From an uncultured candidate division Zixibacteria bacterium (GTDB lineage Bacteria > Zixibacteria > MSB-5A5 > UBA10806): DNA of 64,000 nucleotides. The stretch covers positions 64,001 to 128,000 of the forward strand of contig CAWFQL010000017.1 in assembly GCA_963817915.1 (NCBI GenBank), given 5' to 3'. Below, one piece after another: positions 42,523 through 52,540 of the stretch. The notes below the pieces were generated by a model that worked only from the letters and a program-made list of their open reading frames with translations, ran no database searches and was not told where the DNA came from. How positions within the stretch are numbered: position 1 is the first letter of the stretch; the number at the start of each line of letters is the position of its first letter. Position numbers and translations under genes: made by a program.

Positions 42523-43286
42523 CGAAATTCGTGAGAATAAAGATCGATGACGATATCAAATGGGGAATGGTCGAAGGCGATTCGGTAGCGCTGCTAAACA
42601 CACCGCCGTGGGAAGGAAGCTTCGAATCAGGGGATAGAGTGCCTCTCGATTTAATGAAATTGGCCGCTCCGGTAGCTCCCACAAAAATAGTATTGATCGG
42701 ATTAAATTATCACGCGCATATCAAGGAATCGCAATCGGCCTCGGCAGTGCCGGAAGAGCCGGTGATTTTTATGAAGCCATTGACCGCTCTTATCGGACCC
42801 AATGATAATATTGTATATCCCAAGGGTGTTGACAGGGTTGATTACGAGGGAGAGCTGGCTGTTATTATTGGAAAGAAATTATCGAAGGTTGATGAGCATA
42901 TAGCCGCAGAGGGGATTTTCGGGTACACGTGCCTTAATGACGTAACCGCGCGCAATCTCCAGAAGAAAGATGTCCAATGGACCCGCGCCAAGGGATTCGA
43001 TAGTTTTTGCCCGATAGGTCCATTTCTTGTAACCGGAATCGACCCATTGAATCTGAAAATCGAGACAGTCTTGAACAATGACAAAAAGCAATCATCGAAT
43101 ACATCATTTCAGATCTGGAATGTTTTCAAGCTGGTGAGTTTTATTTCGAAGGTGATGACATTATTGCCGGGGGATGTTATTTCGACGGGCACTCCAGAAG
43201 GCATAGGGCCGGTCAAACCGGGCGACAGGATGAAGATTACAATCGAGAATATCGGGACTTTGGAGAACGGAGTAATCGCCGGATGA
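42519..43286 (+). CDS. Fumarylacetoacetate hydrolase family protein
   Basis: GLNYHAH, DYEGEL, NDVTAR, KGFD and GDVISTGTP. Confidence 0.93.
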   Translation: MTKFVRIKIDDDIKWGMVEGDSVALLNTPPWEGSFESGDRVPLDLMKLAAPVAPTKIVLIGLNYHAHIKESQSASAVPEEPVIFMKPLTALIGPNDNIVYPKGVDRVDYEGELAVIIGKKLSKVDEHIAAEGIFGYTCLNDVTARNLQKKDVQWTRAKGFDSFCPIGPFLVTGIDPLNLKIETVLNNDKKQSSNTSFQIWNVFKLVSFISKVMTLLPGDVISTGTPEGIGPVKPGDRMKITIENIGTLENGVIAG

Positions 43287-45105
43287 TTAACGGAATTTTA
43301 GCGGCCATAATTTTATTTAGTACTCCGCCGGGATTATCTGCAGAAGTATCTTCGGATTATCATATAAAGGTTGTCCTCGATACTACAACTCATTCGTTGA
43401 GCGGTTTCGAGGGCATCAGTTTCGTAAATCCAACATCTATGACTCTAGATAAAATCTGTTTTCATTTATATCCGAACGCGTTTAAAGATACTTCTTCGGT
43501 TTTCTGCCGTGAGAATTCCGGAGTCAGGAGCCGGGTGTTGGCGGGTGATACGGCGGCTTTGGATGTGAATGGAATGATTATAAATGGTGATCTGGTGGAT
43601 TCAACTAGAATTACCCGGAGCGGCACTCTAATGTATATCACTCTTGATAAACCTTTAATGCCGGATAGCGAATTGTCGGTATCGTTGAATTTCAATTTAA
43701 AAATTCCGCGGACGATTGAACGATTTGGCTATGATCATCGGGGGAATTACCTTCTGACGCAATGGTTTCCGATTTTGGCGGGGTATCAGAATGATCGTCT
43801 TATCGATTGTGAATATCATGCTAATACGGAATTTTTCTCGAATTTTTCAAATTATAAAGTCATGATTACGACTCCGGCCAATTTTGAATTGGGAGCATCG
43901 GGCGAAATATCATTATTAGAAAAGGATAGCATTAATGCGAATGGTGGCAGGTCGAGGCGGATACGGTGATCGATTTTGCGTTCGCATGCGGCCCCAAATT
44001 CAAGAAATTCGAATCTGACACGCTGGGAATTAAATTCCGTTACCTGCTCACAGATGAGCGAGCCGATTACTTTAATAAAATCGATGATACTACCAAGAAA
44101 ACTATAGCATATAATTCCGAGAGATTATTCAAATATCCGTATAAGACAATCACGTTAGTTGATTTTAATTCAGGGGCGGGCGGAATGGAGATGCCGGGAA
44201 TGGTGCAGGTAACATTCCCCGATGGCAAACCGGGTGTTTCCGATTCGTCTGAATTCACTATGGGAATTGTCCACGAAGCCACACACGAATGGTTTTACGC
44301 GACTATTGCGACCAATCAATTCGATGATCCCTGGCTGGATGAGGGGATTACTACCTATATGACGAGCAGAATATTAAATTATTATAATATTCCATTTAGA
44401 TTTATCGGGCCGCTTGGGTATGAAATTTCGGGTCATACAGGCGAACGGGCGATCGGGCTTTTCATGAAAGCCGATTTTCCTATTAATATGAAGAGCTGGG
44501 ATTACCCGGATATGTTTTCCTACAATGCGATAATCTACGAGAGAGCCTCGCTTGTTATGCAGACAATCGAAGGGGTCATGGGACGTGATGAATTCGATAA
44601 GGCTCTGAAAAATTACGCTAATCAATATCGGTTTCGCCATCCCAATAGCAATGATTTGGAAAAAGTGTTATCGTCGCAGACCAATATCGATCTTTCGAAA
44701 ATCTATTCTCAATTTATCGACGGTACGGCGAGGGTTGATTATGAAATTCGATCTATGAGCTATACGCCGGCCGCAGTTGCTTTAGCAGATTCAAATTACA
44801 ATTATGATGTCAAAGTCGAGGCGGGCCGTGTTCTTGATGGCCAATTGCCGCAGCAGGTATCATTGGTTCTGGAAGACGGAACCAAAATCGACACAACCTG
44901 GGATGGTCAATCGAAAGTCAAAGTGTTTGAATTCAAGACGAAATCAAGGCCGAAATATGCTGTAATTGATCCAGAGAATATATATTCAATCGACGAGAAT
45001 AGAATCAATAATAGCCTTTCTATCAATGCTCGCGGAGCCAGACAAGCATCATTTGAGTGGGATATCATATTTGCGGTGGAGTTTTTGCTTTCATGGCTTT
45101 TATAA
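43283..45105 (+). CDS. M1 family aminopeptidase; frameshift near 43933
   Basis: FHLYPNAF and QWFP in ORF1; GGMEMPG, HEATHEW...WLDEG and YRFRHP in ORF2; frames join via CEWWQVEADTVIDFAF. Confidence 0.85.
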
Positions 45106-45935
45106 AGAAAATATTTAAGAATAATATAGTAATCTCGGCATTGTTATTCCAAGCGTTAGAGGTAGCCGGGGCGTTTCTGATAATGGCGCCGATACTGGTA
45201 TATTTGCGGATTATTATGGAAAAATCGGTAATGTCATCGCAATTATGGCCTGTCATTTCGCCCGATCTTTTAAGCGATATTTTATTGAATTACGATCAAG
45301 CTCTGGGGATATATGCCTTAGCGGCCATAATCATATTATTTGTGTATCTGCCGTTGAAGAATCTCATGGCCGGGGGAATTTACAATATCATTCTATTTGG
45401 GAGTGATTGGAATTCCGATTTGCAATCGAGGACATTTCTTGAGCGGGCATCTGATGCCTGGGTCGGGTTTCTCAAAGTAGTATTATTCGCTGCGCCTGTT
45501 TATATAGTCGTGTTATTTTTGGGATTTATTTTTGGCAATATATTAAGCCACATCAGCCTAATCGTAGCGTTCGTATTGTTTTTTATATTTTTCATAATGG
45601 GATCATCGTTATTGCAGATATTAAGAATCAAAATGGTAATGGAAAATCAATATCGTTTGCGTGCGACGCTGCTGGCGATTAAGATTCCATTGAAAAACTC
45701 CTTCTGGCGACTGGTTATCGGCAATATTTCGGTCAGCGCAGTAGCCCTTATTATCGTTTTTATTTTATGGACAATATTGAAGGCGGTTCGGGGTGATGAA
45801 TGGAATTATTGGGCAGCATTATTATCATTTATTGTTCAGCAATTAATGGTTTTTATCATCTGCCTGGCGCAGACATTAAGGCTAAATTTCAATTATTCAG
45901 TTATTAGAAGAGGTAATGAAGATGTATTGGGATGA
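45093..45935 (+). CDS. Hypothetical multi-pass membrane protein
   Basis: About six hydrophobic segments; overlaps both neighbouring genes. Confidence 0.7.
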   Translation: MAFIKKIFKNNIVISALLFQALEVAGAFLIMAPILVYLRIIMEKSVMSSQLWPVISPDLLSDILLNYDQALGIYALAAIIILFVYLPLKNLMAGGIYNIILFGSDWNSDLQSRTFLERASDAWVGFLKVVLFAAPVYIVVLFLGFIFGNILSHISLIVAFVLFFIFFIMGSSLLQILRIKMVMENQYRLRATLLAIKIPLKNSFWRLVIGNISVSAVALIIVFILWTILKAVRGDEWNYWAALLSFIVQQLMVFIICLAQTLRLNFNYSVIRRGNEDVLG

Positions 45936-46644
45936 ACTGAACTGGGCAGAATTCGAGAGATTGATCCCCGATAAATATGACACTGCGATTTTGCCCATTG
46001 GTACTATCGAGGCTCATGGCGTGGCACCGTTGGGAACAGACAATATGATTCCAGCCAAGATGGCCAATTTAATAGCCGACGATCTAAAGGCGATCGTTGC
46101 CCCTACAATTCCATATGGAATCACGCGGACATTATTGGCATATTCGGGATCGTTGACAGTCACCCCGGAGACATTCGAGAAATATGTCACCGAAACTATG
46201 CTTTCGATAGCCGATTGTAAATTCAAAAAACTAATTGTGCTCAATGGCCATGGTGGCCATCTCGAACAACTTGGCCGAGCGGCGAGGGAAGTCTGGACTG
46301 CCAAAAAGATTAAGGTAGCGGTTGTTCATTGGTGGATGTGCTGCGACGATATTGTCGAGAAAATATATGGCATCGGCGGAGGCCATGCGGCGACTGATGA
46401 AAATGCGGCGATACAGGCGTTCAGGCCAGAACTGATAAAAAAGGAGCTTTATTCCGACGATATGGTTTATTTGCAGCCGCCTGGATTTACTGTATATCCC
46501 AATCCGGCAACGATTCTGGCATATAAAGAAAAAGCTGGATATATCAATTTCGATCAGAAAAAAGCAGAACAGTATTTTAAGGAAGCGGTCGAACGGGTCA
46601 AGATGCATATCCTCGAGATTTTTCGCAGGTGGGAACGGCTATAA
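45916..46644 (+). CDS. Creatininase family amidohydrolase
   Basis: LPIGTIEAHG...PLGTD, NGHGG and GGHA...E. Confidence 0.92.
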   Translation: MKMYWDELNWAEFERLIPDKYDTAILPIGTIEAHGVAPLGTDNMIPAKMANLIADDLKAIVAPTIPYGITRTLLAYSGSLTVTPETFEKYVTETMLSIADCKFKKLIVLNGHGGHLEQLGRAAREVWTAKKIKVAVVHWWMCCDDIVEKIYGIGGGHAATDENAAIQAFRPELIKKELYSDDMVYLQPPGFTVYPNPATILAYKEKAGYINFDQKKAEQYFKEAVERVKMHILEIFRRWERL

Positions 46645-46759
46645 TCTGTGCGTGCAGATGACCGACAGCACTATTTTTGTGCGTCGATTTTGAGAATGGA
46701 ACTTAAACTATTTTGCCCAAGTATAGGTCTAAGGATATGTTAGAGCAAGCAGGCCGTAA

Positions 46760-46775
46760 CGGCATAAGGTTTGCT
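46760..46775 (+). promoter_or_regulatory. Possible sigma54 -24/-12 promoter
   Basis: CGGCATAAGGTTTGCT gives GG-N10-GC with a TTGC -12 box. Confidence 0.5.
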
Positions 46776-46820
46776 TTAAGAGATCTTGTGTTCTTTGAAA
46801 ACTTAATCGAGTCAAATCTA

Positions 46821-46849
46821 TTGACAGCATTTTGGACTTGTGATACAAT
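46821..46849 (+). promoter_or_regulatory. Sigma70 promoter, likely giving a leaderless transcript
   Basis: TTGACA-N17-TACAAT with TG extension; ATG begins 7 nt after the -10 box; no Shine-Dalgarno. Confidence 0.65.
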
Positions 46850-46855
46850 CGGCCT

Positions 46856-47650
46856 ATGATTCTACGTAATGCGATAATAGTTGTAGTGACATTGTTTTCG
46901 ACGGCCATTGCTCAGTATGAGACGAGCCAGGATTCTATTTATAGCCGGATGACTGTTCCGAAAACGGAATTGCGATGGATAATGGATACCCCGACCGCGG
47001 GCATGCTTCCGCGGGGAGCATTCGATATGGATATGAGAACCTTCCCGACCGGCGGCTTGCAGGCATCGCTAATGATAGGATTGATGGATCGTTTTTCGGT
47101 GGGATTCGGTTATCAGGCCGCCAGAGCCTTGACCGACGCTGTCCCCGAATGGGGTCCCCGCCCAGAGTTTCTATTCAGATTCAGACTTCATGAAGAGACC
47201 GGAGGGTTGCCGGCAATAGCAGTCGGTTTTAGCTCTCTCGGCTACGGCGCCTGGGATAAGGATAGAAAACGGTACATGGTAAAATCGAAGGGCTTCTATC
47301 TATCATTCTCAAAGAATTTCAAATTGTACTCGAATCCGGCCGGATGGCACTGGGGAATAAATTACAGCTTCGAAAGCAAGACCGATAATGACCCATCGGG
47401 TTTTGTGGGATTCAATACCGATCTCGGCGACGAGATGACATTCTTAGCGGAATACGATCTGGGGATTAACGACAACAAGCCTGATTCAATTTACGGTCTA
47501 GGCCGCGGATTTCTGAATCTCGGGATAGTCTGGTATATCACAGATGAACTGTCATTAGAGCTCGATCTTAAAGATCTCCTCAAGAATCGAAGACACACCG
47601 AAGCGATTGATCGCGAGGCGAGATTGGTGCTTGTGGAATATTTCTATTAG
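46856..47650 (+). CDS. Outer-membrane beta-barrel protein (YjbH-like)
   Basis: Signal peptide, DTPTAGMLPRG, PAIAVG, amphipathic strands, aromatic C-terminus. Confidence 0.65.
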   Translation: MILRNAIIVVVTLFSTAIAQYETSQDSIYSRMTVPKTELRWIMDTPTAGMLPRGAFDMDMRTFPTGGLQASLMIGLMDRFSVGFGYQAARALTDAVPEWGPRPEFLFRFRLHEETGGLPAIAVGFSSLGYGAWDKDRKRYMVKSKGFYLSFSKNFKLYSNPAGWHWGINYSFESKTDNDPSGFVGFNTDLGDEMTFLAEYDLGINDNKPDSIYGLGRGFLNLGIVWYITDELSLELDLKDLLKNRRHTEAIDREARLVLVEYFY

Positions 47651-47663
47651 ACAGGAGTGGTTT

Positions 47664-48161
47664 ATGAAAAGGCTAATAATGACCGCCCTGACGGCGGTTT
47701 TTTTGTCGGTAATCATTCAGGGATGCTATACCCAATTTAAATCCAATGAGCCGAAGACAGGCGAACGGGATTATAGCGATTACCAATACTACGATGATTA
47801 TTATTATAGCCCATTTTATTATGGAATGGGATGGTATCAGCCATATTTTTACTATCCTTATCCATCATTTTATGGATACATGTATTCGCCATGGTGGTAC
47901 GATCCCTGGTATTATTATTACGATGACGGGACTCATAACTTATTTCCCAGTAATGGCAGCAAGGCAATTCGAAGCAGGGGTTCGCGAGATGGTTCGATAC
48001 CTCAGACGCCCGGATTTCAATATTCACCTCCAGCCCCGGCTCAGCCGCCCAGGGGAGGTACTGTGGAAAGCAATCCGCCATCTCCACCGCCATCAAATAA
48101 CAATCCTCCCGATAAAAAGGAACCCAGGGAATCAGGCAAATCAACACGCGGCAGAAGATAA
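47664..48161 (+). CDS. Tyr/Trp-rich lipoprotein with Pro-rich tail
   Basis: AGGAG RBS, lipobox IQG-C, and YYDDYYYSPFYYGMGWY low-complexity block. Confidence 0.75.
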   Translation: MKRLIMTALTAVFLSVIIQGCYTQFKSNEPKTGERDYSDYQYYDDYYYSPFYYGMGWYQPYFYYPYPSFYGYMYSPWWYDPWYYYYDDGTHNLFPSNGSKAIRSRGSRDGSIPQTPGFQYSPPAPAQPPRGGTVESNPPSPPPSNNNPPDKKEPRESGKSTRGRR

Positions 48162-48171
48162 GGGGGAATGA

Positions 48172-49461
48172 ATGAAATCAATTAAAATTAGAAATACCGT
48201 TATAGTATTTGGTACGACAATTCTGACGCTATTTTTGGCGCAGCTTTTATTGGCGCAGATTTACGATGATCCAAGCATGGTTTATGAGCCCGCCACCGAA
48301 GGCGGTTTTATTCCGGGCGCTCGCGCCGCCGGGATGGGCGGTGCCCAAATTGCCGCCGGAAATGATGGTTCCGCGCTTTGGTATAATCCTGCCTTGATTA
48401 CACGAATCAGGAAAACCGAACTCTCAGCAACATTGACTCATCAGAGAATAACGAATAAAACCACGTTTCCGTTTTATTCTATACCTTCAGCCGTTGTAAG
48501 CAATACCAGGCTTGGATCACTTTGGGCGATCTATCCATTGGCGACTGTAAGAGGCGGACTATCTCTGGGATTGTCGATCAATCGGGTAAAAAGTTTTGAC
48601 AGAATATTCCGTTACGCCTCAAGCCCGACTTGGATTGATAGGCCTAATGTCGATGGCTGGGGTGGCGGCGAAGATGAATCGGGTGGACTTTGGGCTTATT
48701 CATTTGGTGCGGCTGTTGAAGTCTCTCCAAAGGTGAGTGTTGGCGGGTCGTTGGATATACTCGATGGAACTGATAATTACGGCTTTTTCTTCAATTCATT
48801 GTCGTTATCAGGAACTCATACGTTTGATGAAACCAAAGAAATCAACGATAGCTATACCGGTATAAGCGGCAAAATAGGGGCGACATATTCTGCCAATAAT
48901 TACCTGACATTGGGCGCCATAGTCGGATTACCGCAAAGTATCAATGTCGATCAAACATCCAGCCATTTTATAAATGAGACCGATAGTTTGCCATACTCAT
49001 TTCGTGGAGCGATTTCTTATCGTTATTCATTACCGTTCTCATTCGGCGCGGGAGCGGCATTCTCATTCAACGGGCTTATAATTACTGGGGACTTCAAATA
49101 TCTCGATTATTCTCAGCTTGAATATCAATCCGGGATAGACTCTATATCGCTGGCCAATATGACAGCCAGGCACTATTACAAGGAAACATTCAATCTCCAC
49201 GCTGGGGCGGAATATTCAATCCCTGGGACAACATTAAAAGTAAGAGCGGGGTATTATCGAGAGCCGATACCATTCAAAGGCAATTTAGTTGAAATAGAGC
49301 CTAATTATTATACTATGGGATTAGGCTATATCGTAGATAATAATCTGAATTTCGATTTCGCGCTTATGAACGGCTCGTGGAAACGTAATGATGTCAATCT
49401 TGAATACAAGGAAAAATATTCTCCGCTTCGTTTCATGCTGACAATGTCATATAGATTGTAG
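48172..49461 (+). CDS. OmpP1/FadL family outer-membrane protein
   Basis: GARAAGMGGA...ALWYNPA plug motif, GAEY...VRAGY and terminal YRL. Confidence 0.8.
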   Translation: MKSIKIRNTVIVFGTTILTLFLAQLLLAQIYDDPSMVYEPATEGGFIPGARAAGMGGAQIAAGNDGSALWYNPALITRIRKTELSATLTHQRITNKTTFPFYSIPSAVVSNTRLGSLWAIYPLATVRGGLSLGLSINRVKSFDRIFRYASSPTWIDRPNVDGWGGGEDESGGLWAYSFGAAVEVSPKVSVGGSLDILDGTDNYGFFFNSLSLSGTHTFDETKEINDSYTGISGKIGATYSANNYLTLGAIVGLPQSINVDQTSSHFINETDSLPYSFRGAISYRYSLPFSFGAGAAFSFNGLIITGDFKYLDYSQLEYQSGIDSISLANMTARHYYKETFNLHAGAEYSIPGTTLKVRAGYYREPIPFKGNLVEIEPNYYTMGLGYIVDNNLNFDFALMNGSWKRNDVNLEYKEKYSPLRFMLTMSYRL

Positions 49462-49485
49462 ATAAATTAATACTGTAGTTCAAGG

Positions 49486-49521
49486 TGTCGCAGGGTCGCC
49501 GTACCAGGCGACATTTTTTTT
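49486..49521 (+). terminator. Rho-independent terminator
   Basis: TGTCGC...GCGACA stem followed by T8. Confidence 0.7.
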
Positions 49522-49574
49522 AATGACGGAGACCCGCCACCATACGATGTTGACTGAAGACTATCCGGGTCGTC

Positions 49575-49788
49575 GTCATTGCGAATCCGCCTTCGGCGGA
49601 TATGGCAATCTCACTGCGCGAATGTATATACTTTCGTATATTTTTATACAGTATTTTTAAGTTATATTACTCCCGAATCAATGTTCTCACGGCGATGAGA
49701 TTGCCATGGCCGGCGTACGCCGGCCTCGCAATGACGATATGATGTCGGGTTTCTCATCCGCCTATGGCGGATTCGGAACGCCGACCTA
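49575..49788. repeat. GTCATTGCGA...TCGCAATGAC long palindrome plus gtcgggtttctca...ccgacctac REP
   Basis: Inverted arms 49575-49612 and about 49697-49735 around an AT-rich spacer; second family at 49744-49788. Confidence 0.85.
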
Positions 49789-49850
49789 CCCTTGCTTTTA
49801 GCATTGACAATCAAAGACCATAATTATTTTATAGGCAGCGGAGAAATGAT

Positions 49851-51038
49851 ATGCTGTCACTTGCTTTACTGTTTGTTCTCACTGTCTTATTAATACGAAT
49901 CAAATTTCCCATAGGATTTGCATTATTGATTGGAGCGATTTTCCTGGGGATTTATCATTTCGGATTAAAAAATGAATTTTGGATGATGCTGTATAATTCA
50001 TTAAAGAATCTCGAAAGCTGGAAATTGGTTTTGACAGTGTCATTGATTTTGACATTCGCGAATATTTACGAGGACGAAGGTTTTGTAAAATCGATGGTCG
50101 ATTCATTGAAATCATTTTTGCCGCCAAGCTGGGTGGCAATAACCGGACCTGCAATAATCGGATTGCTGCCTATGCCTGGCGGGGCTATGGTTTCGGCGCC
50201 ATTGGTTAAAGAGATTGCATCGGGGACTGATGCCACACCGGCAGAATTAACCGCTGTCAATTATTGGTGGCGGCACGTTTGGGAGACAACATGGCCGTTG
50301 TATCCAAGCATTATTCTGGCCGCGGCGGTGCTCAATGTTTCAGTATGGAATGTAGCCATGATCAATTTTCCTATCAGCATAATGTGCATTATAACCGGAC
50401 TATTTTTAAAAAAAATCGGTCCAAGACATATTCAATCGCCTCATTTCAATGGCCTAAAATTACTTCTGTCGCTATGGCCGTTGATCTTTATTGTTTTGTT
50501 GGGGCTGATTTTTAAGATCGATCTGATTCTTTCCGTGGTTTTCGTAATTTTGGTGGTTGTTCTTACACAACGAATTCATATCAATAAAATATGGAACGGG
50601 ATCAAACGAGGTTTTGCATTCGATATTATCGCTCTTATCTTCGGTGTGATGACTCTGATGAATGCTATCGAAACAACAGGAACTGCCGGACATTTTTATG
50701 ATGAATTGGTGATTCTTCATATACCATCATTTTTGGTTGTATTTGTTGTTCCATTTGTGGTGGGGCTTTTGACCGGAGTGACATCGGCATACATTGGTGT
50801 GGCATTTCCGGTTATAATGCCGATGGTTGGCACGGCAGATCTTACTCAGTCCGCAGGAATGCTTTTAGCATTCGCAGGCGGCTTTATGGGGGTAATCGCC
50901 TCGCCGGTTCATCTATGTCTGGTGCTTACACAGAAGTATTTTGGGGCCTCATTTTTGAGGACATTAAGGCTCCTGGCAATTCCAATAATAATGACTTCTG
51001 TTATTTCCTGGATTGTGGCTTTGTATATTTATCAGTAA
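49851..51038 (+). CDS. DUF401 family membrane protein
   Basis: IGLLPMPGGAMVSAP, NYWWRH...WPLYP and SPVHLCL. Confidence 0.85.
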   Translation: MLSLALLFVLTVLLIRIKFPIGFALLIGAIFLGIYHFGLKNEFWMMLYNSLKNLESWKLVLTVSLILTFANIYEDEGFVKSMVDSLKSFLPPSWVAITGPAIIGLLPMPGGAMVSAPLVKEIASGTDATPAELTAVNYWWRHVWETTWPLYPSIILAAAVLNVSVWNVAMINFPISIMCIITGLFLKKIGPRHIQSPHFNGLKLLLSLWPLIFIVLLGLIFKIDLILSVVFVILVVVLTQRIHINKIWNGIKRGFAFDIIALIFGVMTLMNAIETTGTAGHFYDELVILHIPSFLVVFVVPFVVGLLTGVTSAYIGVAFPVIMPMVGTADLTQSAGMLLAFAGGFMGVIASPVHLCLVLTQKYFGASFLRTLRLLAIPIIMTSVISWIVALYIYQ

Positions 51039-51094
51039 TATTAATTTTAAAGTAAATATTTTATAATGTCGATACCATTCATAGGAGAAACAAT

Positions 51095-51295
51095 ATGAGC
51101 GATCTGGCTACTATAATAATGGGTATTTCTATCGTTGTTCTTGCCTGGACAATTGCGAGGATCAACGAGAAAATCGACAGACAGATAAAAAAATTCAAAA
51201 GATTTGAAGAAGCGCTTAAGAAAAATGCCACCGGCCGCATTAAGGGCGAGTATTCCGACAGCAAAAATCAGACAAATAGCGTTATCCGCCAGTAA
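51095..51295 (+). CDS. Small hypothetical single-pass membrane protein
   Basis: AGGAG RBS and N-terminal TM; 66 aa. Confidence 0.55.
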   Translation: MSDLATIIMGISIVVLAWTIARINEKIDRQIKKFKRFEEALKKNATGRIKGEYSDSKNQTNSVIRQ

Positions 51296-51327
51296 CTTAA
51301 ATCAATTCGAAAAAAATGAATATTTTA

Positions 51328-51355
51328 GGAACTCTCCGCATAAAATGCGGTATAA
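51328..51355 (+). promoter_or_regulatory. Putative autoregulatory ECF promoter
   Basis: GGAACT-N16-GTATAA immediately upstream of the ECF sigma gene. Confidence 0.5.
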
Positions 51356-51381
51356 TTGGTTGAATGTCGCAAAGGAGAATT

Positions 51382-52005
51382 ATGGCGAATTTGACCAAGC
51401 ATGGAAATGGAACCAAAGTGACTGATAAAGAGCTGATGGAATTGATCCAGGCAGGAGACGAGAAATCATTTAATGAATTGGTTAAGAGATATCAAGACCG
51501 ATTGCTGAATTTCGTAGGTCGAATCGTTAATGATCAGGAGACGGCCGAGGAATTAATTCAGGAGACATTTTTAAGAATCTTCAATCAACGAAACAGCTAT
51601 ACGCCCGAATTTGCAGTATCTACTTGGATTTATACTATCGCATTGAACCTTGCTCGTTCCGAGCTGCGAAAAAGAAAATTGCGGAAATTTATCAGCCTCG
51701 ATTTTTTAAAGGAAGAATCCGATATCGAAATAGCGGATAAAACCAATCTTTCGGTACAGAGCCTGGCCCCAGTTCTGCAAAAGGCTATCGAAAGGTTGCC
51801 GGATGACTACAGGGAAGCATTTATTCTATGTGATATTCAGCGTTTGCCCTACCAGCAGATCGCTGAAGTATTGAGAGTACCGGTAGGTACAGTAAAATCG
51901 AGAATAAACAGAGCAAGGGCTATGTTGAGAGATGTCCTTAAACCATACAAGGAGATTTATTATGAATTGTCGAGGGGTATCCCGCAGACTATCAGCCTTT
52001 ATTGA
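51382..52005 (+). CDS. ECF sigma-70 factor (RpoE/SigW-like)
   Basis: AEELIQETFLR, STWIYTIALN and YQQIAEVL...GTVKSRINRAR; AGGAG RBS. Confidence 0.93.
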   Translation: MANLTKHGNGTKVTDKELMELIQAGDEKSFNELVKRYQDRLLNFVGRIVNDQETAEELIQETFLRIFNQRNSYTPEFAVSTWIYTIALNLARSELRKRKLRKFISLDFLKEESDIEIADKTNLSVQSLAPVLQKAIERLPDDYREAFILCDIQRLPYQQIAEVLRVPVGTVKSRINRARAMLRDVLKPYKEIYYELSRGIPQTISLY

Positions 52006-52531
52006 TGACGATCTATCCCCCGGCATCAAGCAGGCGGTCGATGAGCATCTGGCCTGTTGTGCGAAATGCAAGCGGCGGATGACTGAGCTTGAGACTATCG
52101 TCAGGGCGGCTCATGAATTGCCCTCGCTGAATATCTCTCAGGGGTTTTCCGAACGGGTTGTTCAGGCGGTTCATAGCCGAAAGGAATCAAGTTTTGTTCT
52201 CGGCGCAATTCGTTTTAGATTCGTATTCGCCGGAGCGTCGTTTGTCGCCACCGCTTTAGTCGTATTCTTTCTGATAGGTCCCAAATCCGGCCTTAATGAT
52301 TCTTCATCATTCGCGTCGAAACAGGCGCGGCCCTCGTTGAATGCTACCGCCCCAGATTTTTATACAAATCCGGGGATGAAAGTCGATAGCTTCCCAGTGC
52401 CCGAATCAGCCATGAAAAGAGATCTATCGGGTCTGGATAGTTTGATGATGGCAGACACGTCGTCCCGTATCGATGAGTTTATTTTGCCCGAAGTTCAAAA
52501 GGCAAAAGAAAATGTTAACGTTAAATTTTAA
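51962..52531 (+). CDS. zf-HC2 anti-sigma factor
   Basis: MNC...LSAFIDDDL...HLACCAKC and one TM; overlaps the sigma gene. Confidence 0.88.
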   Translation: MNCRGVSRRLSAFIDDDLSPGIKQAVDEHLACCAKCKRRMTELETIVRAAHELPSLNISQGFSERVVQAVHSRKESSFVLGAIRFRFVFAGASFVATALVVFFLIGPKSGLNDSSSFASKQARPSLNATAPDFYTNPGMKVDSFPVPESAMKRDLSGLDSLMMADTSSRIDEFILPEVQKAKENVNVKF

Positions 52532-52540
52532 AGGATTTTA

